Below, piece by piece: positions 1 through 8,861 of a stretch of DNA of 32,000 bases. The DNA comes from Erysipelotrichaceae bacterium MTC7. GTDB lineage: Bacteria; Bacillota_I; Bacilli_A; Erysipelotrichales; Erysipelotrichaceae. The DNA is taken from positions 25,909-57,908 of the forward strand of contig LVZN01000007.1 of the NCBI GenBank assembly GCA_001695645.1, read 5' to 3'. A program made the translations under genes and the position numbers. Every line of letters begins with the position of its first letter. Position 1 is the stretch's first letter. A model generated the notes under the pieces. It was not told where the DNA came from. It saw nothing but the letters and a program-made list of their open reading frames with translations, and made no database searches.

Positions 1-117
1 ATTGGTAATGTCCATTTCTTCAATATCAACGCCAATAGCTTCGATATTTCTTGTTGTACACTCCTCTATAATATCATGCCCAAGCTGTCCTTTAACACCC
101 GTAACTAATACTTTCAT
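1..117 (-). CDS. rfbD: dTDP-4-dehydrorhamnose reductase (RmlD/RfbD), first 39 codons only; gene continues past the left edge
   Basis: Absent from the ORF track because it is truncated. The reverse complement of 1..117 reads MKVLVTGVKGQLGHDIIEECTTRNIEAIGVDIEEMDITN, with the VTGxxGQLG Rossmann start typical of RmlD. AAGGAG lies 8 nt upstream of the ATG (115..117). The gene sits directly after rfbA-rfbC-rfbB. Confidence 0.8.
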   Translation of the reverse strand, partial: MKVLVTGVKGQLGHDIIEECTTRNIEAIGVDIEEMDITN

Positions 118-138
118 CTTGCATTCTCCTTACATAAC

Positions 139-164
139 AAAAGAATCTTTTACAAGATTCTTTT
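139..164 (-). other. Intercistronic RNA hairpin between rfbB and rfbD (11-bp A/U-rich stem, GUAA loop)
   Basis: Minus strand reads U-AAAAGAAUCUU-GUAA-AAGAUUCUUUU-GUUAUGU-AAGGAG. It is a perfect 11-bp inverted repeat that starts inside the rfbB stop codon and ends 7 nt before the rfbD SD. It could be a partial terminator or a processing/stability element. Confidence 0.5.
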
Positions 165-1191
165 ACGCTCTTCCTTTGTCTTTATACATTTTATCAAAAT
201 ATTGTTGATATTCACCTGAAATGATGTTTTTCCACCATTCTTTGTTATCTAGATACCATTGAATTGTTTCTTCCATACCAGTATCAAAGTTATACTTTGG
301 TTCCCATCCTAGTTCGTTTTCCAGTTTTTCTGGGTCGATAGCATAACGCATATCGTGTCCTGGGCGGTCTGTTACATATGTAATTAAATCTTCTGATTTA
401 CCTAGTTGATTAAGAATTGTTTTTACTACTTCTAGGTTTGTACGTTCGTTGTGTCCACCAATGTTATAAACTGACCCATCAGCTCCTTTACGGATGATTA
501 AATCAATAGCAACACAGTGGTCGTATACATGTAACCAGTCACGTACGTTGTCCCCTTTACCATAAACTGGTAAAGTCTCTTCAGCCAATGCTCTTGAAAT
601 AATAACTGGAATTAACTTTTCTGGAAATTGGTAAGGTCCGTAGTTGTTTGAACAACGTGAGATACTTACAGGCATTCCAAAAGTTCTTCCGTATGCACCA
701 ACAAACAAGTCTGCAGCTGCCTTACTTGAACTGTATGGACTTGATGTATGCAATGGTGTTTCTTCCGTAAAGAATAAGTCTGGACGATCTAATGGTAAAT
801 CACCATATACTTCATCTGTTGATACTTGGTGAAATCTTTTGATTCCATATTCCTTAGCAGCATCTAATAATGTAGTAGTTCCTAATACGTTTGTTCTCAC
901 AAAGCTTTCTGGATCTTCAATACTACGGTCAACGTGTGACTCAGCAGCAAAGTTAACAACTACATCAAATTTTTCTTTTTCAAATAAGTCAAAAATGAAT
1001 TCACGATCTGCAATATCACCTTTTACAAATTTATAGTTTTTCTTATCTTCTACTGGTTTTAATGTTTCTAAATTTCCAGCGTATGTTAATAAATCTAAAC
1101 AAACAATTTCATCTTCAGGATATTTATCAACCATGTACATGACAAAGTTTGCACCAATAAATCCTGCTCCACCTGTTACTAAAAATTTCAT
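163..1191 (-). CDS. rfbB: dTDP-glucose 4,6-dehydratase
   Basis: 342-aa ORF with a GGAGFIGANF Rossmann motif and the extended-SDR catalytic SPYSSSKAAAD (YxxxK). Resembles RmlB end to end. SD GGAGAGG upstream; 2-nt gap after rfbC. Confidence 0.95.
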   Translation of the reverse strand: MKFLVTGGAGFIGANFVMYMVDKYPEDEIVCLDLLTYAGNLETLKPVEDKKNYKFVKGDIADREFIFDLFEKEKFDVVVNFAAESHVDRSIEDPESFVRTNVLGTTTLLDAAKEYGIKRFHQVSTDEVYGDLPLDRPDLFFTEETPLHTSSPYSSSKAAADLFVGAYGRTFGMPVSISRCSNNYGPYQFPEKLIPVIISRALAEETLPVYGKGDNVRDWLHVYDHCVAIDLIIRKGADGSVYNIGGHNERTNLEVVKTILNQLGKSEDLITYVTDRPGHDMRYAIDPEKLENELGWEPKYNFDTGMEETIQWYLDNKEWWKNIISGEYQQYFDKMYKDKGRA

Positions 1192-1193
1192 AA

Positions 1194-1769
1194 TTATTTT
1201 ACCTCTCCGTATATAAAGTTGGCATCACTTTCTTCAAGTGTAGGCCCATTCATATCTTTTTCGCTTAAAATCGGTTCAATACCATTTAGTAATGTTCCCC
1301 AATCTACATTGATTGATGGATCATCATAACGAATTCCACGATCACATTCTTTTGAATATAGGTTATCCACCTTGTATTGGAATTCAACATCATCAGTTAA
1401 ACACAAGAAACCATGTGCAAATCCTCTAGGGATAAAAAACATTTTTTTGTTTTCTGCACTTAATTCCACGCTAACCCATTGCTTATACGTTGGACTTCCT
1501 TTTCGGATGTCTACAGCAACATCAATGACTGTTCCTTTTGTACAACGAACAAGTTTTGCTTGTGCGCACGGTTCATTTTGCCAGTGAAGTCCACGTAGTG
1601 TTCCGGCTTTTGCTGACATACTGTGGTTATCTTGTACAAAGATATTGTCAATTCCTGCTTCAGCAAATTTGTTTGTTGAGTAGTTTTCCATAAACCATCC
1701 TCTATGATCACCAAACACATCTGGTTCAATGATTTTTACTTCTTTAATTTCTGTATCAATTACTTTCAT
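1194..1769 (-). CDS. rfbC: dTDP-4-dehydrorhamnose 3,5-epimerase
   Basis: 191-aa ORF with RmlC cupin hallmarks (RGLHWQ, FIPRGFAHGF, YDDP). SD AAGGAAG. Flanked by rfbA and rfbB. Confidence 0.95.
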   Translation of the reverse strand: MKVIDTEIKEVKIIEPDVFGDHRGWFMENYSTNKFAEAGIDNIFVQDNHSMSAKAGTLRGLHWQNEPCAQAKLVRCTKGTVIDVAVDIRKGSPTYKQWVSVELSAENKKMFFIPRGFAHGFLCLTDDVEFQYKVDNLYSKECDRGIRYDDPSINVDWGTLLNGIEPILSEKDMNGPTLEESDANFIYGEVK

Positions 1770-1779
1770 CTTTTCTTCC

Positions 1780-2658
1780 TTAATCTACATATTTACGGTC
1801 AATGATTCGTTTAAGATATGTACCGTATTGGTTTTTCTTATATATTTCATATGTTTCTTTTAATTCTTCAATTGTTATCCAACCTTGATCGAATGCAATT
1901 TCTTCCAAACAAGCAATTTTCCGATTTTGGTGGGTTTCAATTGTGTACACGAAATTTGTTGCATCTGCTAATGACTCGTGGGTTCCTGTATCCAACCATG
2001 TGAAACCGTCATTTAATAAGGTAACATTTAATTCGCCTGACTCTAGATAAATACGGTTTAAATCCGTAATTTCAAGTTCACCACGTGCACTAGGTGCTAG
2101 GTTTTTTGCATATTCGACAACTTTGTTATCATAGAAGTACAGTCCTGTAACTGCATAATTTGACTTTGGTTGTTCTGGTTTTTCTTCTAATGAAATTGCT
2201 TGTCCAGCTTCATCAAATTCAACAACACCGAAGCGCTCTGGATCTTCTACGTAATAGCCAAAGACAGTTGCACCTTTGTCACGGTTTGCAGCTGCTACTA
2301 GACGTTTTGTTAAGCCATGTCCATGGAAAATATTATCTCCAAGTATCATTGCCACACTATCATCACCGATAAAATCTTCACCGATAATAAAAGCTTGTGC
2401 TAGACCATCTGGTGATGGTTGTACTTTGTACTCTAATGAAATACCAAATTGTTTTCCATCACCTAACAACTCTTCAAAACGAGGTGTATCTTGAGGTGTT
2501 GAAATAATTAATATTTCTTTGATTCCCGCACTCATCAAAATTGATAGTGGGTAATAAATCATTGGTTTGTCATATACAGGTAATAATTGTTTACTAGTTA
2601 CTTTTGTAAGTGGGTATAAACGAGTTCCACTTCCTCCAGCCAAAATGATTCCTTTCAT
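1780..2658 (-). CDS. rfbA: Glucose-1-phosphate thymidylyltransferase
   Basis: 292-aa ORF starting [18 protein letters not shown] (nucleotidyltransferase signature), with a typical RmlA C-terminus. SD AAGGAGG upstream. Confidence 0.95.
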   Translation of the reverse strand: MKGIILAGGSGTRLYPLTKVTSKQLLPVYDKPMIYYPLSILMSAGIKEILIISTPQDTPRFEELLGDGKQFGISLEYKVQPSPDGLAQAFIIGEDFIGDDSVAMILGDNIFHGHGLTKRLVAAANRDKGATVFGYYVEDPERFGVVEFDEAGQAISLEEKPEQPKSNYAVTGLYFYDNKVVEYAKNLAPSARGELEITDLNRIYLESGELNVTLLNDGFTWLDTGTHESLADATNFVYTIETHQNRKIACLEEIAFDQGWITIEELKETYEIYKKNQYGTYLKRIIDRKYVD

Positions 2659-2684
2659 TGAGAAATCCTCCTTGTATCGTATCT

Positions 2685-2712
2685 ACTATACTAAACCATT
2701 ACGTAACGTCAA
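2685..2712 (-). promoter_or_regulatory. Candidate sigma-A promoter of the rfbACBD operon
   Basis: Minus strand has TTGACG (2712..2707), a 16-nt spacer, then TATAGT (2690..2685), about 25 nt upstream of the rfbA ATG. Prediction by eye only. Confidence 0.55.
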
Positions 2713-2732
2713 GGTCAACACTAAAAATGATT

Positions 2733-3890
2733 TCACATATTCTTACATATAAATAAACAAGCTTCTTTATTCACTAACAAGCCATTATTCTTCAGTTTAT
2801 CTTCTAAGAACGCTATAAACTCGTCACTTCGATTTCCGATAACACTTATTTGGTTGCCATGACAACTCATTATATAGTCATAAAGATCACTAGCGCTAGT
2901 TACAAGTAGTTGATCTTGATATATGTGCATTTCAACATCAGTAAAGTATTTCTTTAGTTGTCGTTTACCATTCTCCATACCAAACACCTCATATAAAGGT
3001 TCATCAGAAAGTGTAATTCGATTATCAAATTCTTTTGCAATATTTGTAATTTCTTTTAAATGATTCTTACTATAGGTCGTTGTATAAAAAATACCTTTAT
3101 CATCTAAGACACGTACAATCTCTTTTAATCCACTTTTCATGTCGTGAAGATAAAACAGTGTATGATTTGCAATAACTACATCAAAGTAATGGTCTTTAAA
3201 AGGAATATTTTCTAATGGGAAACATAAAAAGTTAAAATCATTTCCTAAGTTCTTTCGTGCGCTTTCAACCATTCCTTCACTTTTGTCACTCAAGAAAATC
3301 TCTCTGTGTCGAAAACTTATTTTTCTATTCATCCAAAGACTACCTTCACCACAACCAATTTCGAGTATTCGGTTTGTATGAGTAAGTTTAATTTGCGAAT
3401 AAATCCAATCGTACCAATCAACTTCTCCTACTGTATATTTTTGATGAAGTGAAATACGTGTTGTCAGTTGATGTGAATCCTTATAATGTTCAATAATTCC
3501 ATCTCCAGTCAATAAATGCATTAGATGCATCATTTTATCCCAATCTATACGCCTTCCTTCAATCGACTTCTCTGTCACTTCAATTGCTTGTTTTAAGTTT
3601 CGAAAGTAATCCAGTTTCTGATTTACTAATTCCTTTTGTGTATTCAACATATCAACTAAGCTTTTTCGGTCCTTACGAGAAATTAGAATCTGAATATCTT
3701 CTAAGCTAAAACCAATCTGTTTTAAAATAAGGATATTTTGGAGCTTAATAAAATCATTATCTGTATACATCCGATACTTATTATCTGGATTTATACTTGG
3801 TTTAAGTAAACCCTTTTTATCATAGAAACGTAATGTTCGTTCAGTTACTCCAGCTTTTTTTGCAAATTCACCCGTCAAATATTTTTTCAT
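2733..3890 (-). CDS. MerR-family HTH regulator fused to a class I SAM-dependent methyltransferase
   Basis: The N-terminus LTGEFAKKAGVTERTLRFYDKKGLLKP...YRMYTDNDFIKLQNILILKQIGFSLEDI is a MerR HTH. A coiled-coil-like linker follows, then the methyltransferase motif I ILEIGCGEGSLW. I place the start at the ATG at 3890 (MKKYL...). The track's longer start (3920) falls inside the hairpin at 3907..3934. Confidence 0.85.
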   Translation of the reverse strand: MKKYLTGEFAKKAGVTERTLRFYDKKGLLKPSINPDNKYRMYTDNDFIKLQNILILKQIGFSLEDIQILISRKDRKSLVDMLNTQKELVNQKLDYFRNLKQAIEVTEKSIEGRRIDWDKMMHLMHLLTGDGIIEHYKDSHQLTTRISLHQKYTVGEVDWYDWIYSQIKLTHTNRILEIGCGEGSLWMNRKISFRHREIFLSDKSEGMVESARKNLGNDFNFLCFPLENIPFKDHYFDVVIANHTLFYLHDMKSGLKEIVRVLDDKGIFYTTTYSKNHLKEITNIAKEFDNRITLSDEPLYEVFGMENGKRQLKKYFTDVEMHIYQDQLLVTSASDLYDYIMSCHGNQISVIGNRSDEFIAFLEDKLKNNGLLVNKEACLFICKNM

Positions 3891-3906
3891 ACCATCATTA
3901 TAAAGT

Positions 3907-3934
3907 AAAAAACATGACATACATCATGTTTTTT
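3907..3934 (-). terminator. Hairpin after the 649-aa membrane-protein gene (weak intrinsic terminator or operator)
   Basis: AAAAAACAUGA-UGUAUG-UCAUGUUUUUU is a perfect 11-bp inverted repeat with an A-run/U-run. It lies 8 nt after the stop at 3943..3945 and just upstream of TATAAT (3902..3897). The stem has only 2 G-C pairs, so termination strength is uncertain. Confidence 0.4.
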
Positions 3935-3942
3935 GTTTTTTA

Positions 3943-5892
3943 TTACCAATCACGTGCATATACATAATAATTCACGCCTGCTTTTGGATCCTCAATACCG
4001 TCATAGTATGTGAATCCCATAGTTTGCAATGAATTATCATAAGTCTTGCTTTGAACAACAATTGTATCAATTTCATATGTTTCTAAAAATGAATAAAACT
4101 TCGAAATAGTTTCATCATTTGGTTCAATTAGATATGCATAATAAGCACTTTGAACCTCTGTGGTAAGTCCCTTGTATTTTCCATTCTTGTCTTCTCCAAA
4201 TCTACCTACTGCAGATATTGAATAGCTATGTGGCGATACAGTACGAAGTATTATCGATAATGAGTGAGTATTATTATTTGCCATCACACCTTCTGGTGTA
4301 ATTACAACATTTTGAACTTTACGCTCTTCATATCGTGATTCTAGAATTTTTCCTAATTCAATAGTAGATTGCGGAGCAATCATTTTATTATTATATATAA
4401 TCTTATAATTTGAAATTAAATCTCCATTATCTACTACACTTGTAAACAAGCAGCCAATCATTAGACCAATGCTAACACACGCCAATGCAGTCTTTTGCAA
4501 TCTAAATCGAAGAAGATATTTCGAAACGAAATAGAATAAATATACAAAATTTAACGCAATAAAACTATACATGAAATCAGCAAAATTTCTACTTGCGACG
4601 AATCCAAACATCGACAGTGTTTCAAACACATTATTAAGTGGATCTATAAACATTAATGCAAACATCAAAATAAACACTAAATTTAGACGATAGATGTACT
4701 TATTTTTCAATGTAAAGGATGCTGCAAATATAATTAGCGAACCTATAAAAAGCAAACTTGAAGTATTTAGTAAGAAATGCTCATATACCGTTTCTTGAAT
4801 TACAATTGTCGGCTTATAAAGTGCATCAACAATGGTAATTCCAAAGCCAACGCCAAGTATTCCCATCAAAACTAAACCACCTAAAATTCGTAGCTTCTTA
4901 TCACCGAAAACAAACCAGTGTGATATTAAAAATGATACTGCTACAATAAAACATAGTGGAATAGCAATGGTTGATTTCGATACTAATACAATGCATATAC
5001 CTATAACATATAGCACTGTTTTCCATGTGATTTTTGCATCATTCATAAATAAAATTAACAATAGAAAAATCCCACATGTTCGAACAACATTTGAACCATA
5101 GTACATGGCACTATTAAATTGCCATAAATCTTGAATTTGCAAGATACCATTACTTGCTAGGGACTGAAAACTAAATCCAAAAAACAAGATAATGCATGTC
5201 ATCCATTGGAATACTGACTCATCTTTATTTTCGGTAAGCTTAATCCATATGTTTTTTGCAAACACATACAAACAGCATGCCAATAAGAAATAATTAAAGA
5301 ATGCCATGAATAATCTAGTAAACAAGGTAGTCGATACTCCCAAGAAATAACAATATACTGAATATTCCAACTCCAAAGTGTTCAATAAATATGTAAAGTA
5401 GTCAGATAAAGTTTCTCCAAAACCAGTAGATGGACTTGTTAAAAATCCAAATGTACTATTATATGGAGCACTTGCTATCTTACCTAAATAAAACCCATCA
5501 TCCATACTGTTATTCATCCATAACCAGTTTATAAAAGATAATGCCAATATAGAAAGAAAGAATGCGAATAAAACAAGCACCCACTGATTTCTCACAAACG
5601 TAATAATTCCATCTTTCGAAAATGATAGACTACCTCTTTTTCGTAAACGCACAATTGCAAAAACTACTAACGTAATTATCAAAACCATCAAATAACCTGC
5701 AAATACTATCCAAGGTAAATTCAGTAATTGAATTGGAATACCCACAATAGCAACTGCAAAACTAAAGACCAAGTACCCAACAATGAACTTGTAAGGATAC
5801 GATTTCTCATTTTCGCATAAAGAAGATCCAACAAGATACATAAAGAGTATATATAGCACAACAAACACGGTGCATATCAAATACTGTAACAT
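3943..5892 (-). CDS. Polytopic integral membrane protein (about 12-14 predicted TM segments) with a C-terminal globular domain of about 160 aa; candidate GT-C-type extracytoplasmic glycosyltransferase, family not recognised
   Basis: 649-aa ORF, strongly hydrophobic through residue ~487. It has an acidic loop motif NNSMDDGFYLGK after the early TM helices, and a hydrophilic tail (residues ~488-649) rich in Y/E/D. Its start codon overlaps the stop of the upstream GT (TAATG at 5890..5894). Coding is near certain; the function is inferred. Confidence 0.5.
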   Translation of the reverse strand: MLQYLICTVFVVLYILFMYLVGSSLCENEKSYPYKFIVGYLVFSFAVAIVGIPIQLLNLPWIVFAGYLMVLIITLVVFAIVRLRKRGSLSFSKDGIITFVRNQWVLVLFAFFLSILALSFINWLWMNNSMDDGFYLGKIASAPYNSTFGFLTSPSTGFGETLSDYFTYLLNTLELEYSVYCYFLGVSTTLFTRLFMAFFNYFLLACCLYVFAKNIWIKLTENKDESVFQWMTCIILFFGFSFQSLASNGILQIQDLWQFNSAMYYGSNVVRTCGIFLLLILFMNDAKITWKTVLYVIGICIVLVSKSTIAIPLCFIVAVSFLISHWFVFGDKKLRILGGLVLMGILGVGFGITIVDALYKPTIVIQETVYEHFLLNTSSLLFIGSLIIFAASFTLKNKYIYRLNLVFILMFALMFIDPLNNVFETLSMFGFVASRNFADFMYSFIALNFVYLFYFVSKYLLRFRLQKTALACVSIGLMIGCLFTSVVDNGDLISNYKIIYNNKMIAPQSTIELGKILESRYEERKVQNVVITPEGVMANNNTHSLSIILRTVSPHSYSISAVGRFGEDKNGKYKGLTTEVQSAYYAYLIEPNDETISKFYSFLETYEIDTIVVQSKTYDNSLQTMGFTYYDGIEDPKAGVNYYVYARDW

Positions 5893-8081
5893 TACTTACC
5901 TACTCCTTCTTGTGACTTCTTAATATAAGCACGTTCATCTAACATAAAACAATAACTTCTACTAAAATTAGGATTATAGTATGGATCGTCCGCAATATAT
6001 GATTCCCATTTCTTATACATATATTCTTGTTCCCATACAAATCGTTTGTACTTAGTACTTGATGTGTCCAATCCCCTACTTTTTGATTCGTAGTGATAAA
6101 GTTGGACTTGTGGAACACACACATTATAGTATCCTTTTTCGAGTAATTTTAAATTGAAATCAACGTCATTGTAAGCGACAGTAAGTTCTTCTTCCAGACA
6201 TCCTACCTCTAGATACTTCGATTTCTCAACCGCTAAACATGCCGCAGTAACTGCTGAATAATTATATGGAACTCGTAAACGACCATTCGTTCCAACATCA
6301 TCTCTTGGAGCATTTACAAATGCATGAGTAGCAACTCCTAGCCCCAATAATACACCTGCATGTTGCACGGTATCATCAGGATAATAAAGTTTTGCTCCTA
6401 CAGCACCAATATGCTTTTGAATAGCATAACCAACCATAATTTGCAACCAATCAGGAGTTATAACTTCCGTATCATTATTTAATAAAACTACAACATCACA
6501 GTCAAAAGCATGTACTGCCATATTATTTATCTTTGAATAGTTAAAGGGAATATCAGCATCAAAAACATGAAAATTATTATATTTGCTTTTAAACTCTTCA
6601 AATAAAACAAAAGTTTCTTTTTTTTCACTTTGATTGTTGATTAAGATTACTTCAAAATTCTTATATGTTGTTTTATCAAAAACTGATTGTAAGCAATCCC
6701 TTGTTATTTTCGCGTAGTCTTTTGTGGGAATAAATATACCTACTTTTGGTTCAACATCGTATGCATAATTAATCTTGTAATATGGTACCATTTCATCCTT
6801 AAAAACAGTTGCTTTGATACCTCTGCGACCTAACGCATTTTCAATAGCTTGTTTGCCTGCATCAACAGCATATCCTTTATTGTCAATTGTCATAGAAGTA
6901 CTTCCCTCTACCATTCTCCAATGATATAAGATTTTTGGGATATGATAGATTTTATCCGGTGTTGTTTTTTCAATGAATCTTAGGTAAAGATCATAATCTT
7001 GAGCTCCTTCAAGACCCACTGTAAAACCACCTATTTCCTCCATAATACTCTTACGCAACACGCCAAAATGTGAAATGTAATTTGAACTAAACAAAGAATC
7101 TGGTGCATAGTCTGTTTTATAATGCGGATGACATCTCTTACCTTCAGTATCCAATTTATCTTCATCAGTGTATATAAAGTCCAATTCTCTATTTTCATTT
7201 AATACTTTTACAACTTCATACAATGTATCTTTAGGCAACAAATCATCATTATCCATAAGTGCAACAAATTCACCACTTGCTATCTTTAACGCATCATTTG
7301 TAGCTTTAGAGATGTGTCCATTTTCTTTGCGATAATAAACTTTAATTCTTTCATCTTTTTCACCATATTCTTTCAAAGTTGCTAGTGTTTCTTCTTTGGT
7401 TGAGCAGTCATCAGATAAACATATCTCGAAATTTTGATATGACTGATCTAAAATCGAATTTAAACATGCACTCAACCAATCACGATTAATATTGTAAACT
7501 GGAATTAAAACCGATATTAATGGATTGTAACCAAACTTCTCAATTACATCAGGAGTTTCTGTCACATGAATGTAGTGTAAATAGTCTTTTTGAACGTATG
7601 GATTTAAAACAAAACGATTTCTTTCTTTTCTTCTTTGCTTAATAGTTTTAAATAATTTTTTCCATTTTGATGGATGTAGAACCATATCCCTATTTCTAAG
7701 TAAGAACATTATAAAACTACCAGAGTTATAAATAAAATCTCCGATTGGTTGAAGAACCTTTAAAATACATTCTTTTAAGCGATAACTCACTCTTTTAGAT
7801 ATACGATTATTCAATTTCTCTAGATTTCTCCGCTCATCATCTACAACAACAAACAACTCAATTACTTTAGCATTTCCTAATTTGGCACTTAGCATAAGAT
7901 GACTATCAACAATTTGTGTACGTACAACTTTATCTAGTTCCACGCCATCCCCCATAACAACAAAATGCTCAGCACTTAAATTAGTGCTAAGCTCGACCCA
8001 GTATAAGGGATTGTTGATTCCATTAATTTTTGAATCAACCAAAGTGACATTTATATCATTACTTCGTAATTCTTTTTTCAT
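5892..8081 (-). CDS. Tandem GT2 glycosyltransferase (N-terminal unknown domain plus two GT-A domains), candidate polymerising enzyme of the ABC-exported glycan
   Basis: 729 aa. Domain 1: VLIPVYN...SDDCST...MDNDD...EGAQDYDL. Domain 2: IFIPTKD...LLNNDTEV...TAACLAV...NDVDFNLKL...HYESKSRG. It sits immediately downstream of the ABC exporter genes and is a paralog of 14317..16221. Confidence 0.85.
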   Translation of the reverse strand: MKKELRSNDINVTLVDSKINGINNPLYWVELSTNLSAEHFVVMGDGVELDKVVRTQIVDSHLMLSAKLGNAKVIELFVVVDDERRNLEKLNNRISKRVSYRLKECILKVLQPIGDFIYNSGSFIMFLLRNRDMVLHPSKWKKLFKTIKQRRKERNRFVLNPYVQKDYLHYIHVTETPDVIEKFGYNPLISVLIPVYNINRDWLSACLNSILDQSYQNFEICLSDDCSTKEETLATLKEYGEKDERIKVYYRKENGHISKATNDALKIASGEFVALMDNDDLLPKDTLYEVVKVLNENRELDFIYTDEDKLDTEGKRCHPHYKTDYAPDSLFSSNYISHFGVLRKSIMEEIGGFTVGLEGAQDYDLYLRFIEKTTPDKIYHIPKILYHWRMVEGSTSMTIDNKGYAVDAGKQAIENALGRRGIKATVFKDEMVPYYKINYAYDVEPKVGIFIPTKDYAKITRDCLQSVFDKTTYKNFEVILINNQSEKKETFVLFEEFKSKYNNFHVFDADIPFNYSKINNMAVHAFDCDVVVLLNNDTEVITPDWLQIMVGYAIQKHIGAVGAKLYYPDDTVQHAGVLLGLGVATHAFVNAPRDDVGTNGRLRVPYNYSAVTAACLAVEKSKYLEVGCLEEELTVAYNDVDFNLKLLEKGYYNVCVPQVQLYHYESKSRGLDTSSTKYKRFVWEQEYMYKKWESYIADDPYYNPNFSRSYCFMLDERAYIKKSQEGVGK

Positions 8082-8084
8082 GTA

Positions 8085-8861
8085 TTAAATCTCCTCTGCA
8101 AATCCTTTTTCAAGTTTCTTGAAAATGAAATATCCAATAATACATACTGTAATACAAATTACAGCAAGAATGGCCATCATTGTCAAATCTGGTACTTGAT
8201 GATAGTAAAAGATGGCGCGATATTCATCAATAATCATTGCTAGTGGATTCACTTTAAAGATCCAACCAATTTGACTTCCAGAAAACTGACTTGCATCGTA
8301 AAGTATCGGAGTACCATAAAACATCATACTTAGGATAAACGACACAATGTATTCCGTATCTTGAATATACACATTGATTGCACTAAGCGCAAAGACTAAC
8401 CCTAATGAAAGTAGAAATTGCAAAATCATAATAATAGGTAAAAACACAATATGCCAACTTAAACCAGCACCTGTTGCTAATGCGAATATTACAATAATAA
8501 TGGTTGATATCATAAAGTTAACAAGTCCACTCACGACAACAGAAATTGGCAGTATTTCCCGAGGAAAATATACCTTTTTGACAATTCCAGCATTTGACTT
8601 AACTGTTGCCACTCCTTGATTCATTACTGTTATAAAGAAAGTCCAAGGAATGATCCCAACGACTAAGAAGAATAAGAAATTATCAACCGTATCTTTCATA
8701 ATCCATGGGAATACGATTGCGTACACAAGCACTTGCAATAATGGGTTAATAAACGACCACAGCACACCTAAAAATGAACCTTTGTATTTACCACGAATTT
8801 CTTTTTTTACATTAGATTTAAGTAACTCGCGGTACTGATATAAATCTCTAAACAGTTGCAT
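8085..8861 (-). CDS. ABC-2 type polysaccharide/teichoic-acid exporter permease (Wzm/TagG/RgpC-like)
   Basis: 258 aa with six hydrophobic segments. The N-terminus ...ELLKSNVKKEIRGKYKGSFLGVLWSFINPLL is typical of ABC-2 glycan exporters. It overlaps the ATPase gene by 14 nt. Confidence 0.9.
   Translation of the reverse strand: MQLFRDLYQYRELLKSNVKKEIRGKYKGSFLGVLWSFINPLLQVLVYAIVFPWIMKDTVDNFLFFLVVGIIPWTFFITVMNQGVATVKSNAGIVKKVYFPREILPISVVVSGLVNFMISTIIIVIFALATGAGLSWHIVFLPIIMILQFLLSLGLVFALSAINVYIQDTEYIVSFILSMMFYGTPILYDASQFSGSQIGWIFKVNPLAMIIDEYRAIFYYHQVPDLTMMAILAVICITVCIIGYFIFKKLEKGFAEEI

Noticed and set aside
3897-3934. MerR-type activator promoter (operator palindrome in an overlong 19-20 nt spacer) upstream of the MerR-methyltransferase gene
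   Set aside because: No credible -35 hexamer sits at 17-20 nt from TATAAT. The inverted repeat lies over the -35 position rather than within the spacer, so the classic MerR geometry is not present.
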